A stretch of DNA of 64,000 bases from the NCBI GenBank assembly GCA_044892505.1, contig CM097883.1, positions 257,362,001 through 257,426,000 of the forward strand. Direction: 5' to 3'. The translations under genes and the position numbers were made by a program. Shown here piece after piece: positions 51,450 through 64,000 of this stretch. Within the stretch, counting starts at the first letter, position 1. Each line of letters begins with the position of its first letter. The notes under the pieces are model-generated. The model worked only from the letters and a program-made list of their open reading frames with translations. It was not told where the DNA came from and ran no database searches. Origin of the DNA: Schmidtea nova. Taxonomy: Eukaryota.

Positions 51450-53255
51450 ATGGCATCAAATATAGACGAATATCTATCATCAGATGATGAAGAAATAAAT
51501 GAGATTTTAACTATTAAAACTCGTAGGACAAAAATACAACACAAATGGAATATGGTTTCAACATTTAATAGCAAAGAAGATGCTATGATTGTTATAAATT
51601 CAGAAGAAATTTGGAGTTTCCATTATCGGAATAATACGGCTGATGGAGGTAAAGCTTATTATCAATGTAACATGGTAAAAAGACGCGGACAACAATGCGA
51701 GGCTGGAATATATTTGCTGTTTAATAATAACAACGATAGTGTAACAATGTTTAGAGCAGAAAACAAGCATACGCATGGAAACTCACAGCAACAAACTTTA
51801 AAGCTTTCAAATCAGATGAAAGAAGAAATTAAAAAGCTTTTTAAACTAAAAATAAAACCAAAAAAAATTTTAGAAATATTAAATGATAAAGGTTTAAAGC
51901 TTAAAAACAAGACACAAGTTTCTAATTACTTAGTGCAATTAAGAAAAGAAGCATATGGGCCAGCCGCAATAAGCCTTGGAGAATTTGAGCAGTGGTGTAT
52001 TGATCATAGCGAAATTCCAGATTCTGATGAATTACCTTTTGTGGTGTCACATCAAGTGAAATATTGTGATGAATTAGATGATGCAGAGGATGAATACAAT
52101 GAGGGTTCGCACTTCAGAGTTTTAATTTCAACAAAACGTTTGCTTAAAAACTGTAGCATGTCGAACAAAATTCATATTGATGCCACTTATAAACTGGTAT
52201 GGGAAGGTATGCCAGTTATAATTGTTGGAACTACAGATCTTGATCGTCATTTTCATCCGATTGGTATTGCTGTATGTACGAATGAAAAAAAAGCAGATTT
52301 TCAATTTATTTTTGAAACAATTAAGAAAATAAATGAAGAAATTGAATATTTAATATCAGATGCATCAAATGCCATTCGTAATGCATTCATCGCAGTATTT
52401 GGTGTGAATAAACGTTTAATTATGTGTTGGGCTCATATGCGACGCAATGTTACGAAAAAAGTTGAGTCTCTTGTTGAAAAAAGCATGAGAAAGGAAATAA
52501 TAGATGACATCGATACATTACAGTTAGCTTCAAGCAAGCAAATATTTGATAAAGCATTACCATTGTTTATCAAGAAATGGCTTCAGAAAAGCCAAACTGA
52601 GTTTATTAACTACATGAAACTTCAATGGTTTACAACACATCAATATTGGTACGAAGGTGCTGCACAATACACGCCTTCTACGAACAACTCATTGGAATCT
52701 TTCAATTTAGTGGTAAAAAAAGAAGAAACATTTCGTGAACGACTACCACTCTCAAGATTTCTTGAATTAATCAATAAATCTGTAGCAAAGTGGTCAAACG
52801 AATATTCATCCAACAGTCGAATATTCAATACTTCAACTACAATTGAATTGTCCCAATGGACAAAAGGATATCAATGGGCAAAAACTAATGTAAACGTCTC
52901 ATCAGCAATTTCTAACGATTCAATACAATATTTTTGTCCATCAAATCAGCAATGTAAGGCATCAGAAGAGGAAGCAGCATATGTATTGGAAATGCGTTGG
53001 AAAACATTTGATCAATTCAAACGTAAAGGTTTCAAAGTTTGGATTATAAATCTGCCAAAAGAAGCAGAAAACTGGATGCATGGTTGCTGTACTTGTCCAG
53101 AATTCTTAAAGAAATTTATATGTTTTCATATAATAGGTTTAGCTATTCGCTTAAAATATATTAAACCTCCTCCAGCAGCTAAACAAATACCAATAGGGCA
53201 AAAACGTTCGAGGGGAAGGCCAAAATTAGCAACGCGTGCGCTTTTAATTGATTAA
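51450..53255 (+). CDS. MULE transposase with SWIM zinc finger and C-terminal AT-hook, 601 aa, intact
   Basis: IHIDATYKL, YLISDASNAIRNAF, MCWAHMRR, TNNSLESFN, CTCPEFLKKFICFH (SWIM) and KRSRGRPK. Confidence 0.93.
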   Translation: MASNIDEYLSSDDEEINEILTIKTRRTKIQHKWNMVSTFNSKEDAMIVINSEEIWSFHYRNNTADGGKAYYQCNMVKRRGQQCEAGIYLLFNNNNDSVTMFRAENKHTHGNSQQQTLKLSNQMKEEIKKLFKLKIKPKKILEILNDKGLKLKNKTQVSNYLVQLRKEAYGPAAISLGEFEQWCIDHSEIPDSDELPFVVSHQVKYCDELDDAEDEYNEGSHFRVLISTKRLLKNCSMSNKIHIDATYKLVWEGMPVIIVGTTDLDRHFHPIGIAVCTNEKKADFQFIFETIKKINEEIEYLISDASNAIRNAFIAVFGVNKRLIMCWAHMRRNVTKKVESLVEKSMRKEIIDDIDTLQLASSKQIFDKALPLFIKKWLQKSQTEFINYMKLQWFTTHQYWYEGAAQYTPSTNNSLESFNLVVKKEETFRERLPLSRFLELINKSVAKWSNEYSSNSRIFNTSTTIELSQWTKGYQWAKTNVNVSSAISNDSIQYFCPSNQQCKASEEEAAYVLEMRWKTFDQFKRKGFKVWIINLPKEAENWMHGCCTCPEFLKKFICFHIIGLAIRLKYIKPPPAAKQIPIGQKRSRGRPKLATRALLID

Positions 53256-53964
53256 AAAAATTTATTTATATTATAAAAATAAATACTATCATATTTTTTT
53301 ATGTTATATTTTAAGGTAATAAATTTTTTCTAAAAAAAAATAACTGCTCTTTTATTGTTTATACAGACCAAAAATTTTAAATTAACTTACCAAAAAAGAA
53401 AATTATACTGTCCAATACACAAAAATATACTGACACTTAATTATTTATACCGACCAAAATATTATTTTATACTGATATTTTATTTAATAAAATACCGACC
53501 AATTATTAAAAAAAATACTGACCAAATTTATTGGGTCAGTATTTTTTTACATTTATATGTTTTCATATAATAGGTTTAGCTATTCGCTTAAAATATATTA
53601 AACCTCCTCCAGCAGCTAAACAAATACCAATAGGGCAAAAACGTTCGAGGGGAAGGCCAAAATTAGCAACGCGTGCGCTTTTAATTGATTAAAAAAATTT
53701 ATTTATATTATAAAAATAAATACTATCATATTTTTTTATGTTATATTTTAAGGTAATAAATTTTTTCTAAAAAAAAATAACTGCTCTTTTATTGTTTATA
53801 CAGACCAAAAATTTTAAATTAACTTACCAAAAAAGAAAATTATACTGTCCAATACACAAAAATATACTGACACTTAATTATTTATACCGACCAAAATATT
53901 ATTTTATACTGATATTTTATTTAATAAAATACCGACCAATTATTAAAAAAAATACTGACCAAAT
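53114..53964 (+). repeat. 437-bp direct duplication of the MULE 3' end, joined by a left-TIR fragment
   Basis: 53114-53527 matches 53551-53964; the 23-bp spacer 53528-53550 equals left-end bases 50615-50637. Confidence 0.9.
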
Positions 53965-56235
53965 AAATAAACCCCGTAAACAATGGAGCATGAAATAAAT
54001 TAACAATGAATTAGAATGACAATCAAAAACTTACTCACGCAGAACGAATAATAAAATCACATTGGAATGAGTCAGCCAAGACTGACAGAGAGGGGGTGGA
54101 CCGCTCGGGTGAGAATAATACCTAAAATAAAATAAAATAATAAATAATTGTAACGCGTCAGTAAATAATAACTCACCCATTTAAGCACATAAAGATAAGC
54201 ATTAAAAATAAAATGCTTACCGTTCTTACACGCATACTGAATTCTGATTGGCTGGCCGTCAACAAAAATAAGTATATATATGACAGCCAAATCAGTGAAA
54301 AAAATGTCATTTTTACCAACGATTGTTGTTTACCAAGTGTAATTGTAAAACTCTGGAAACTTGTGAATCAAGCGAATTGAAATAAAGGTATGGTTATAGT
54401 TTCATGTTGTTAAATTGTTAGATCCTCATGATTTTCTTAAAATCGATAAGATCGCGTCCCGAAGGTCGTCGCTGTTGCGGCGTCGTAGCGTCAATAGAAT
54501 GGGGAGGGGTTGCACATGAAGCATCATGAACAGATTATGTGGGTGAGGCATTCTACTGAGAGAAATTTCCTTATCGAGTGTTATGAAAATTGAAGTTAGC
54601 GCATTTGAGAGATAGAGACGGTTTTTGAGTAGCATCCGAGACTAGAGGTTTCCGGTACCTACGACTATACTGAAACCATAAAAATACGAATATGCGACCC
54701 GTTAACCTCGATAATGTCAGACTAATACAACCACTCTAAGGGTACTAATAATGGATTTCGTCCAAAACGTAACATCATGGTGAGATTATAATGATAAGAA
54801 TCGAATGAATGGAGTGGAATGTTGGAATGAGTTAAACGGACGAATGATGGAGACGAGGATTCGATTCAATTGTAAAGTTACCAAGGTTGTATGCTGGAAG
54901 AGTTCTCTTGTATGATGCATAATAGATGTGCCATGAGATTGAATGAACAATGTCACGTGTCCTGAATAATAAATGATGATAGTGTAATACGATCCAAATA
55001 GTGACTGAATCTTAATAAGTGGGTTGACGTAATACTAATGGTAACCACGTTTGTTAAGTGCAGTGATGGATGACGATGAATGCGTAACTAAATAAAAATC
55101 AATGCTAGGTATGATGATGGATCCGAATGATGTCAACGTTCAAGATTAAAAATAGATGTTATGATCTACGAACGAGTGATGGGGTATGCATGACGGTAGA
55201 TTGAGGAGTTTAGGGTGAAAAGAATTCTGCAACAACAACTGTAGTATGGTGATCTGAATGAATGTGTAATTTAATGAATTATAATCCTATCATTTAGACG
55301 AACCAAGGATATGTCAACGAATACGAGGTCACATCAATGTAAAAAGCGGCAAACACTCCCACCCGTGGCCTTTATAGACACATAAGCACCCGAGAGGATA
55401 AAACAATTAGTTGAAAGGAATATGCGCCACTGGAGAAGAGAAACAGGTTCCTCGTTACCATTCGTGAGTAACGAATTGATGACTGTGGTGAACCCAATAG
55501 TTAAGTTTAAGGATTTGTTTCTTTTTATTGTTTATGTTGGTTATGTACTGCCTGGATTCCCCCCCCCTTTTTTTGCTATTTTTTATATTATTATTATTAT
55601 TATTTTGGATTATTAAAATTCAATTTAAAAATTTGAATTTTAAGCTTACTATAGTTATTAACTATAGTAAGCAGAAAATAATAATAAAAGAAATTGATTA
55701 ATTAATTGTGTATGTAAATAAATAGAGTCAAACTCTGGTATTAAAAAAAACATTATTGGCGAAAATTCTGGACTAGAATTAATTGACACTAAAAGGTTTT
55801 TATTATATGATATACTAGAAGCCGAGTTCCTAATCCAAAGGTTGGCATATATATTTCCTGTAATAAATAAATCAGACAGTTGAAAATATTATTCCCCTTT
55901 TTCGTAAGTAGTTGTTTTTTGCATTAAATAAAGTTCTTNNNNNNNNNNNNNNNNNNNNNNNNNNNNNNNNNNNNNNNNNNNNNNNNNNNNNNNNNNNNNN
56001 NNNNNNNNNNNNNNNNNNNNNNNNNNNNNNNNNNNNNNNNNNNNNNNNNNNNNNNNNNNNNNNNNNNNNNNNNNNNNNATCATACCTATATACATACGCA
56101 TTCACCCCGACTGTCCTTACACCAATTGGAGACACTCTCGGGCACTGCAGTATTTCTTTATACCCGCATTCACTACATAAACATTAAAATAAATTTTTAG
56201 AAAAAACATAATTATCACAACATAAACTACTTACA

Positions 56236-56547
56236 ATGACCACTAAAATAAGATGGGCAGGCGATGAACACTGGCCTCGGATCGACGATGCGAAACGATT
56301 CAGTCAGACAGACTGGTTCCTAGAATTGTGTGATATCGACGGAACTCCACGATGGTTGATACAATTTCAGCCGATACTGTTACATGTCCTTCATCATCTG
56401 GGTTATAATCTGTTAGAGAGCCCAAGATATATTCGTACTGGGGAACAGATTCCCTATTCAATTTGCTGGAAGGAGTGCCGATTACTGGAAGTCAGGATTC
56501 ACCATGGATACGCAACATACAGTGGCGAGAAGTATTCAGTAGAGTAG
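56236..56547 (+). CDS. Hypothetical protein, 103 aa, possibly truncated
   Basis: Open, GC-richer ORF with protein-like composition and weak similarity to 35558-35782 (WP..D..TDWF..D..PR). Its stop lies inside a G-rich repeat end. Confidence 0.35.
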   Translation: MTTKIRWAGDEHWPRIDDAKRFSQTDWFLELCDIDGTPRWLIQFQPILLHVLHHLGYNLLESPRYIRTGEQIPYSICWKECRLLEVRIHHGYATYSGEKYSVE

Positions 56548-57169
56548 GGGGAGCGCCCAAGAACAGGAACAGACCCCCCCTCCCCCACCCCCCTAAAAAA
56601 ATTTTTTTACCCCCAAAAATAATTTTTTTTTTGTTTTAATGAAGTGAATTTTTAATTTTTAATTTTGTTTAAATGAAGTGAATTTTTTAATTTTAATTTT
56701 TTGTTTAAATGAAGTCAATTTAATTTATTATTTTNNNNNNNNNNNNNNNNNNNNNNNNNNNNNNNNNNNNNNNNNNNNNNNNNNNNNNNNNNNNNNNNNN
56801 NNNNNNNNNNNNNNNNNNNNNNNNNNNNNNNNNNNNNNNNNNNNNNNNNNNNNNNNNNNNNNNNNNNNNNNNNNNNNNNNNNNNNNNNNNNNNNTTTATT
56901 AATTTTTATTAATTAATTTTTAATAATTAATTTTTATTAATTTATTTTTAATAATTTATTTTTATTAATTTATTTTTAATAATTTATTTTTATTAATTTT
57001 TATTAATTTTAAATAATTTATTTTTAATTTATTTTTATTAATTTATTTTTATTAATTTATTTTTATTAATTTATTTTTAATAATTTATTTTTATTAATTT
57101 ATTTTTATTAATTTTTATTAATTTTAAATAATTTATTTTTAATTTATTTTTATTTAATTAATTTTAATT

Positions 57170-58200
57170 TTTGATCTGGTTATTTTTGTAAAGGATTTTT
57201 ACTCTGGTTATTTTGTATAGGATTTTCTACTCCGAGATTTTCTAGGGCAAAAAGAGACTCTGGGTTTTTTTGGTCTGGTATTTTTTGTAAAGGAATTTTA
57301 CTCTGGTTATTTTGAATAGGATTTTCTACTCCCAGATATTTTCTAGGGCAAAAAGGGACTCTGGGTTTTTTGTACATGGAATTTTTGATCTGGATTTTTG
57401 AATACAATATTTTGATCTGGTTATTTTTGTAAAGGATTTTTACTCTGGCTGTTTTGAATAGGAATTTCTACTCCGAGATTTTCTAGAGCAAAAACGGACT
57501 CTGGGTTTTTTGTACATGGAATTTTTATACATGAATTTTTGGTCTGGTATTTTTTGTATAGGATCTTTAGTCCTATTATTTTGAATAGGATTTTCAACTC
57601 CCATATTTTTCTCAGGCAAAAAGGGACTCTGATAATTTTGAACTGAAATTTTAATGTTAAATAAAAAACACGTGTAAATTTTTTAAACAAGTAAATTATC
57701 ATTAAAGTATTTTGTATATGATTTTCAACTCCCAGATATTTTCTAGGGCAAAAAATAGACTCTGGTAATTTTGAACTGAAATTTTAATGGTAAATAAAAA
57801 ACACGTGTAAATTTTAAAACTAGTAAAATAGTTAGAAATTATTTTGAATAGGATTTTCAACTCCCATATTTTCTATGGCAAAAATAGACTCTGATAATTT
57901 TGAACTGAAATTTTAATGGTAAATAAAAAACACGTGTAAATTTTTTAAACAAGTAAATTACCATTAAAGTATTTTGAATAGGATTTTCTACTCCGAGATT
58001 TTTATCGGGCAAAAAGGGACTCTGGGTTTTTTGTACATGAATTTTTGATCTAGATTTTTGAATACAATATTTTGATCTGATATTTTGTAGTGTTTTTAGT
58101 CTGGTTATTTTGTATATGATTTTCTACTCCGAGATTTTTCTCAGGCAAAAAGGGACTCTGGTAATTTTGAATATGATTTTTGATCTTGATTTTGATTTTG
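57170..58200. repeat. Complex satellite built from GGATTTTC(T/A)ACTCC..GGCAAAAAGGGACTCTG subunits
   Basis: At least 8 recurrences of the core with variable spacers. Confidence 0.8.
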
Positions 58201-58209
58201 AAATAATAT

Positions 58210-58930
58210 TTTGGTCTAGGAAAATTAAAAAGTGGTCAGAATCAAATAATTTTTATACCAATCTACTGAGAATCGAATGGCGAACAAAAAAGGTTCAAAA
58301 AGTAAAAACATGAAAATTTTGACTTTTCCGACCCAATTTTTACACGTAAAAAGGGTCAACTCGGAGAAATTCCAAAAATCAAAAATGCTCAGAATCAAAT
58401 AATTTTTATACCAATCTACTGAGAATCGAATGGCGAACAAAAAAGGGTCAAAAAGTAAAAACATGAAAATTTTGACTTTTCCGATACAATTTTTACACGT
58501 AAAAATGGTCAACTCGAGGAAATTCCAAAAATTAAAAAGTTGTCAGAATCAAATAATTTTTATACCAATCTACTGAGAATTGAATGGGGAACAAAAAAGG
58601 GTCAAAAAGTAAAAACATGAAAAATTGATATTTTCCGATCCAATTTTTACATGTAAAAATGGTCAACTCGGGGAATTTCCAAAAATCAAAAATGCTCAGA
58701 ATCAAATAATTTTTATACCAATCTACTGAGAATTGAATGGCGAACAAAAAAGGTTCAAAAAGTAAAAACATGAAAATTTTGACTTTTCCGACCCAATTTT
58801 TACACGTAAAAATGGTCAACTCGGGGAATTTCCAAAAATCAAAAATGCTCAGAATCAAATAATTTTTATACCAATCTACTGAGAATTGAATGGTGAACAA
58901 AAAAGGTCAAAAAATTAAAATCATGAAAAA
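58210..58930. repeat. 153-154 bp tandem satellite, about 4.5 copies
   Basis: AGAATCAAATAATTTTTATACCAATCTACTGAGAAT starts at 58238, 58391, 58545, 58698 and 58851. Confidence 0.93.
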
Positions 58931-59172
58931 ATCAAAATTTTATACGTGAAATTACAGTCTCAGTAAAAAAGGGTAAAATACATAAAAACGTGGAAATATT
59001 TAAAATAAAAATTTTTAAACAAAATAATTAAATCTAAATAAATTTATGATAATTAAATAAAAAAGTAAATAAATTCTATACGAATTTCAAAACTCAATAA
59101 ATAATTCACTCATTATTTTGTATTGAATTTATCAAGTAAAATGGTACATTAAATAAAAAAGTAAATAAATTC

Positions 59173-60335
59173 TATACGAATTTCAAAACTCAGTAAATAA
59201 TTCACTCATTATTTTGTATTGAATTTATCAAGTAAAATGATACATTAAATAAAAGCATGGAAATAATAAGTAAATTAAACTTAGAATTTAAAAATAATTT
59301 GTACTGGATTTATGAAAAATGACAAAGTAAATAAATTAAAGATAGAATTTTAATAATAATTATGAATTTAGTGATAAATAGAATTATAAGTAAATTAAGA
59401 AAGACGTGAGTTTTAATGTCATAATTTTAAAATGAATTGGTTTTAAAGGAACTTTTTAAGATAATATTTGAAAATGTGAGAATAATTAATTATTTTTTGA
59501 AATTTTTTTTTAAAGTAAAATTTTTTAACAATAAAGTCAATGTAGAATTTTTTATCAATAAAATCAATGTAAAAATTTTTTAATTAATAAATACAAAGTA
59601 AACATTTATTCGCAAGTAAATATTTTTCACAAGTAAAATTTTTAACTAATAAATACAAATCTAATTGTTTTTCAATATGATGTTTTTTAATGAAATGATC
59701 AAATAACAACAAATAAATGTAGTAAATAAAACACATGTAATTATTGAATGTTTTTAGAATAAAAATAGTTATTAAACAAGAGTTGTTACAATTTTGTATA
59801 CTAAGTTAAAAAAAAAATATCGATTAATGACATTAATTTTTTAAAAATAAACGTAATAATTNNNNNNNNNNNNNNNNNNNNNNNNNNNNNNNNNNNNNNN
59901 NNNNNNNNNNNNNNNNNNNNNNNNNNNNNNNNNNNNNNNNNNNNNNNNNNNNNNNNNNNNNNNNNNNNNNNNNNNNNNNNNNNNNNNNNNNNNNNNNNNN
60001 NNNNNNNNNNNNNNNNNNNNNNNNNNNNNNNNNNNNNNNNNNNNNNNNNNNNNNNNNNNNNNNNNNNNNNNNNNNNNNNNNNNNCTAAGTACCAGCAATA
60101 AGCCGATCAAATAACTAATAATCTCATTACACACACAAATCAACCACTGACTAGTAACTGATCAAATGCCAACTGACTCTATCCACAAATCAACAATCGA
60201 CTAGTTACTTTCAAGTTACCAACTGACTATATATTAACCAACTAGGAAATTGTTCCATGTGTCAATCACTTCCTATTGCCTATATATCAAATAATCCAAT
60301 CCCCTTAGTTAACAAATAGTACAATTCCTTACTTA
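59173..60335 (+). repeat. Left arm of a long, near-identical inverted repeat
   Basis: Reverse complement of 62902-64000 with only scattered mismatches; N gaps at equivalent positions. Confidence 0.92.
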
Positions 60336-60636
60336 TATATATATATATATATATCAAATTCTGAATTAATTATTGTTGCCGGGGAAATATTAAAGAAAAT
60401 TAATTTGAATTTTAATTTTAAACGTATAATCAATTAATAAAACAAAATCAATTTAGAATAATTATGATAATAAAATTAATTATTTTTATTTTAATAAAAA
60501 ACTAATCGATTTTAAATATTTGGTAATAAATTTAACACAAAAAATAATTGTTATTAAAAATTTAAATTAACCAAAACAAAAAATAAAATGAAATGAAATG
60601 AAATGAAATGAAAAGATAAGATTTGATAAATAAATT

Positions 60637-61177
60637 TTATTCACATATATTTGTTTCTATAATTTTCCAAACAGGTTTGACAACATCATTAGATTCTTTG
60701 AAGCCTTGAATCATTATCTTAATTTGATATATTGAATTTTCATCGGGATTTTTCAAATTACAATCTTTAATGCAATTCATATACGTAAAAGCTTCATTAA
60801 ATTGTATTTCTTTGTTGATTGCTAACAAAATTTCTGAAATATTTCGTCTATCAATATCTCCAATTTTCCCCACTTGAAGATTATACATGCATTGTTTCAA
60901 TGTAACAGGTTCCTATAAAATAATTATTAGAAATTTATTTAAAATAAATAAATATATACTTTAAATGAATAAATGATTGGAAATTTTAAATATTCCATCG
61001 AGTATTGTAGAAATTGAACTGCAGGATTCCTAACCAAATTTGATGCCGAAATAGAATTTTCTTCAAGAATAATTTTCATTACTTCTTGTTTCAACATCTT
61101 TTTGTTCGAAGTTTCTAGAATAAAATATTAAAAATAATCATTTAAAATTAATTAAACTTACTTTTAAGTTGATACAT
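60637..61177 (-). CDS. Hypothetical protein, 148 aa, 3 exons: 61162-61177, 60960-61114, 60637-60912
   Basis: Two 47-nt GT-AG introns give an uninterrupted frame MYQLKKTSNKKMLKQEVMK...PVWKIIETNICE*. No recognisable domain. Confidence 0.7.
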
Positions 61178-62901
61178 TTTTAATGAAATCTGTAATTTTT
61201 AATCAATTTATATATATGTTTTCATAATTTAAATTGACCAATCAGATTTCGTTTAACATTTTTATTAATTTTTATTTATTGATATTTTTGTGTGCAGATA
61301 CACACTTTATTTTAATATGATAATTAATTATTTATGCAAAATCTTTTAATAGACAGAATATATCAAAAAAAAATAATGTAATGCATCGAATTATGATAAA
61401 AACTGTCACAATTCAATGAAAAGTTACTATACCCAAACAGGTAACTGCATCACATACATAATTTGCACTTTGTGAATAAATTGATTAGTTTTTCTTATTA
61501 TATCAACTTTTATAAATTTTATAAAAAACATTCGAAACAGATTTAATGTTACAAAATTATTACGTGGTAATAATAAAAATAATAAAAATATTAATAATTC
61601 ACTGAAAATATTTAAAATGAAAAATCAATAAATATTTTGGTAAAATTCGTTATTAACAATTATATTCAGTATCAGAACTTATCTAATATAACCTTAGTAT
61701 CAGAACCTTTCTAGCAGAACCTTTGGTAGCAGAACCTCTTTTGTGATGGTTTTTACCTGTAAAAGATTCAAATTATATTTTCATGATTGCAGTTTATGTG
61801 AAACCCGATAAAATACACATGTTTGATCCAATGGAATTTTATTATCCGCCGCTATTGATAAAAAACATATCGTCAATGTTGATGTGAATTGAATATAACA
61901 GAATCTGATACTAGAATCCAATGACAAAAACACTTGGTAGTACTGTTTAATAAAAATACTTGGTTAATAAAAATGTTTAATAAATAAATATTTGTATTGA
62001 AATTTGAATTAATTTTTATTATTTTTAGAATTAATTGAATATTTATTTATTTATTCCTTTAAATTAACGGAGTGAAAATTAAATTGAACATGTAATAAGA
62101 AGTATCAAAAAATATTTCATTAGTTGCTTACTTATCATTTTAATATGTTTACATAGTTAACAGAGTTTTTTATAATGATTTTTAAATTAATTATACATGT
62201 TAGTTATCAAGTGATGAAATAGATGAACAATGATTTCAATAGAGCTTTGTATTAAAAGTCATTTGCATTTTAAATATATTCAAAATTTTAATAACTTTAA
62301 TTAATAAAAAATTTCATTTTAACTACGTAGATATTAGTATACCTTTTTGAAAACTGATAATCAACTAAAGATTAATTAAATTATTCAAAGTAATAAATTA
62401 AATTTTATGACACGATATTTAGAATCAGATAGTTTTAAATATCATATCTAGTTAATGCGAAGAGTTAATTGAAACGTGGAACAATTTCCTTAGAGTGAAG
62501 ATTTATTTCTTTAATATATAGAGTCAGTTGGTATCCGATTAGTTGATTTAACTAGTAGATTGTGGATAGAATCAATTGATATTTAATAATTAACTAGTCT
62601 GTTGTTGATTTATGAATAGTTAGTTGGTTAATGAGAAGAGTTAGTTGGGAAGTAAGGAATTGGTTAGTTAGTTAGTTAGTTGGTTAATGTAGTTGGTTGG
62701 TTGGTACAAGAATAATGAATAGAACTAGTTGGTTGATGAATAGAACTAGTTGGTTAGTAAGAGATTAGTATGTATAGCTAGTTAGTTGGTTAGTGTAGTT
62801 GGTTGGTTAGTATAGATAAAGTTAGTTGGTTAATGTATAGAACTAGTTGGTTAGTAAGGTATTGGTTGCTGGTTAGTATGTATAGTTAGTTAGTTGGTTA
62901 G

Positions 62902-64000
62902 TAAGTAAGGAATTGTACTATTTGTTAACTAAGGGGATTGGATTATTTGATATATAGGCAATAGGAAGTGATTGACACATGGAACAATTTCCTAGTTGGT
63001 TAATATATAGTCAGTTGGTAACTTGAAAGTAACTAGTCGATTGTTGATTTGTGGATAGAGTCAGTTGGCATTTGATCAGTTACTAGTCAGTGGTTGATTT
63101 GTGTGTGTAATGAGATTATTAGTTATTTGATCGGCTTATTGCTGGTACTTAGNNNNNNNNNNNNNNNNNNNNNNNNNNNNNNNNNNNNNNNNNNNNNNNN
63201 NNNNNNNNNNNNNNNNNNNNNNNNNNNNNNNNNNNNNNNNNNNNNNNNNNNNNNNNNNNNNNNNNNNNNNNNNNNNNNNNNNNNNNNNNNNNNNNNNNNN
63301 NNNNNNNNNNNNAATTATTACGTTTATTTTTAAAAAATTTATGTCATTAATCGATATTTTTTTTTAACTTAGTATACAAAATTGTAACAACTCTTGTTTA
63401 ATAACTATTTTTATTCTAAAAACATTCAATAATTACATGTGTTTTATTTACTACATTTATTTGTTGTTATTTGATCATTTCATTAAAAAACATCATATTG
63501 AAAAACAATTAGATTTGTATTTATTAGTTAAAAATTTTACTTGTGAAAAATATTTACTTGCGAATAAATGTTTACTTTGTATTTATTAATTAAAAAATTT
63601 TTACATTGATTTTATTGATAAAAAATTCTACATTGACTTTATTGTTAAAAAATTTTACTTTAAAAAAAAATTTCAAAAAATAATTAATTATTCTCACATT
63701 TTCAAATATTATCTTATAAAGTTCCTTTAAAACCAATTCATTTTAAAATTATGACATTAAAACTCACGTCTTTCTTAATTTACTTATAATTCTATTTATC
63801 ACTAAATTCATAATTATTATTAAAATTCTATCTTTAATTTATTTACTTTGTCATTTTTCATAAATCCAGTACAAATTATTTTTAAATTCTAAGTTTAATT
63901 TACTTATTATTTCCATGCTTTTATTTAATGTATCATTTTACTTGATAAATTCAATACAAAATAATGAGTGAATTATTTACTGAGTTTTGAAATTCGTATA
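62902..64000 (-). repeat. Right arm of the long inverted repeat; runs off the window end
   Basis: Mirror of 59173-60335, preceded by degenerate TAGTTGGT subrepeats at about 62620-62900. Confidence 0.92.

Larger units (their letters stand above)
50606..53975 (+). mobile_element. Mutator-like (MULE) DNA transposon, full length
   Basis: Imperfect TIRs GGCTTGTATTTATTGGGTCAGT and GGGGTTTATTTATTTGGTCAGT, 9-bp TSD GTAAACAAT at 50597-50605 and 53976-53984, subterminal GGTCAGT repeats. Confidence 0.92.

Noticed and set aside
57180-58900. ORFs with repeated peptides (VDWYKNYLIL, GVENPIQNNQ)
   Set aside because: Translations of tandem satellites.

Overview
Very AT-rich eukaryotic (metazoan) genomic window with several N gaps. 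The 44-50 nt GT-AG introns and the transposon content resemble a planarian-type invertebrate; this is inference only. Recognisable host genes are a 6-exon Aurora kinase (Aurora-B-like, minus strand, 38508-44737), a single-exon divergent class-A-like 7TM receptor (10289-11242) and an unannotated, cleanly spliced 3-exon 148-aa gene (60637-61177) inside a long inverted repeat. The rest is a nested transposon field: an intact hAT (8-bp TSD), an intact MULE (9-bp TSD), two decayed or internally deleted hATs with TSDs, a ZMYM1-like hAT remnant, a Tigger/pogo remnant, gypsy gag and RNase H remnants, two tandem truncated Maverick/Polinton DNA polymerase B N-terminal modules and a Merlin-like MITE. There are also Penelope-type minimal hammerhead ribozymes, several satellites, and three decayed copies of an unknown multi-part unit. 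No tRNA, rRNA or CRISPR array was found.
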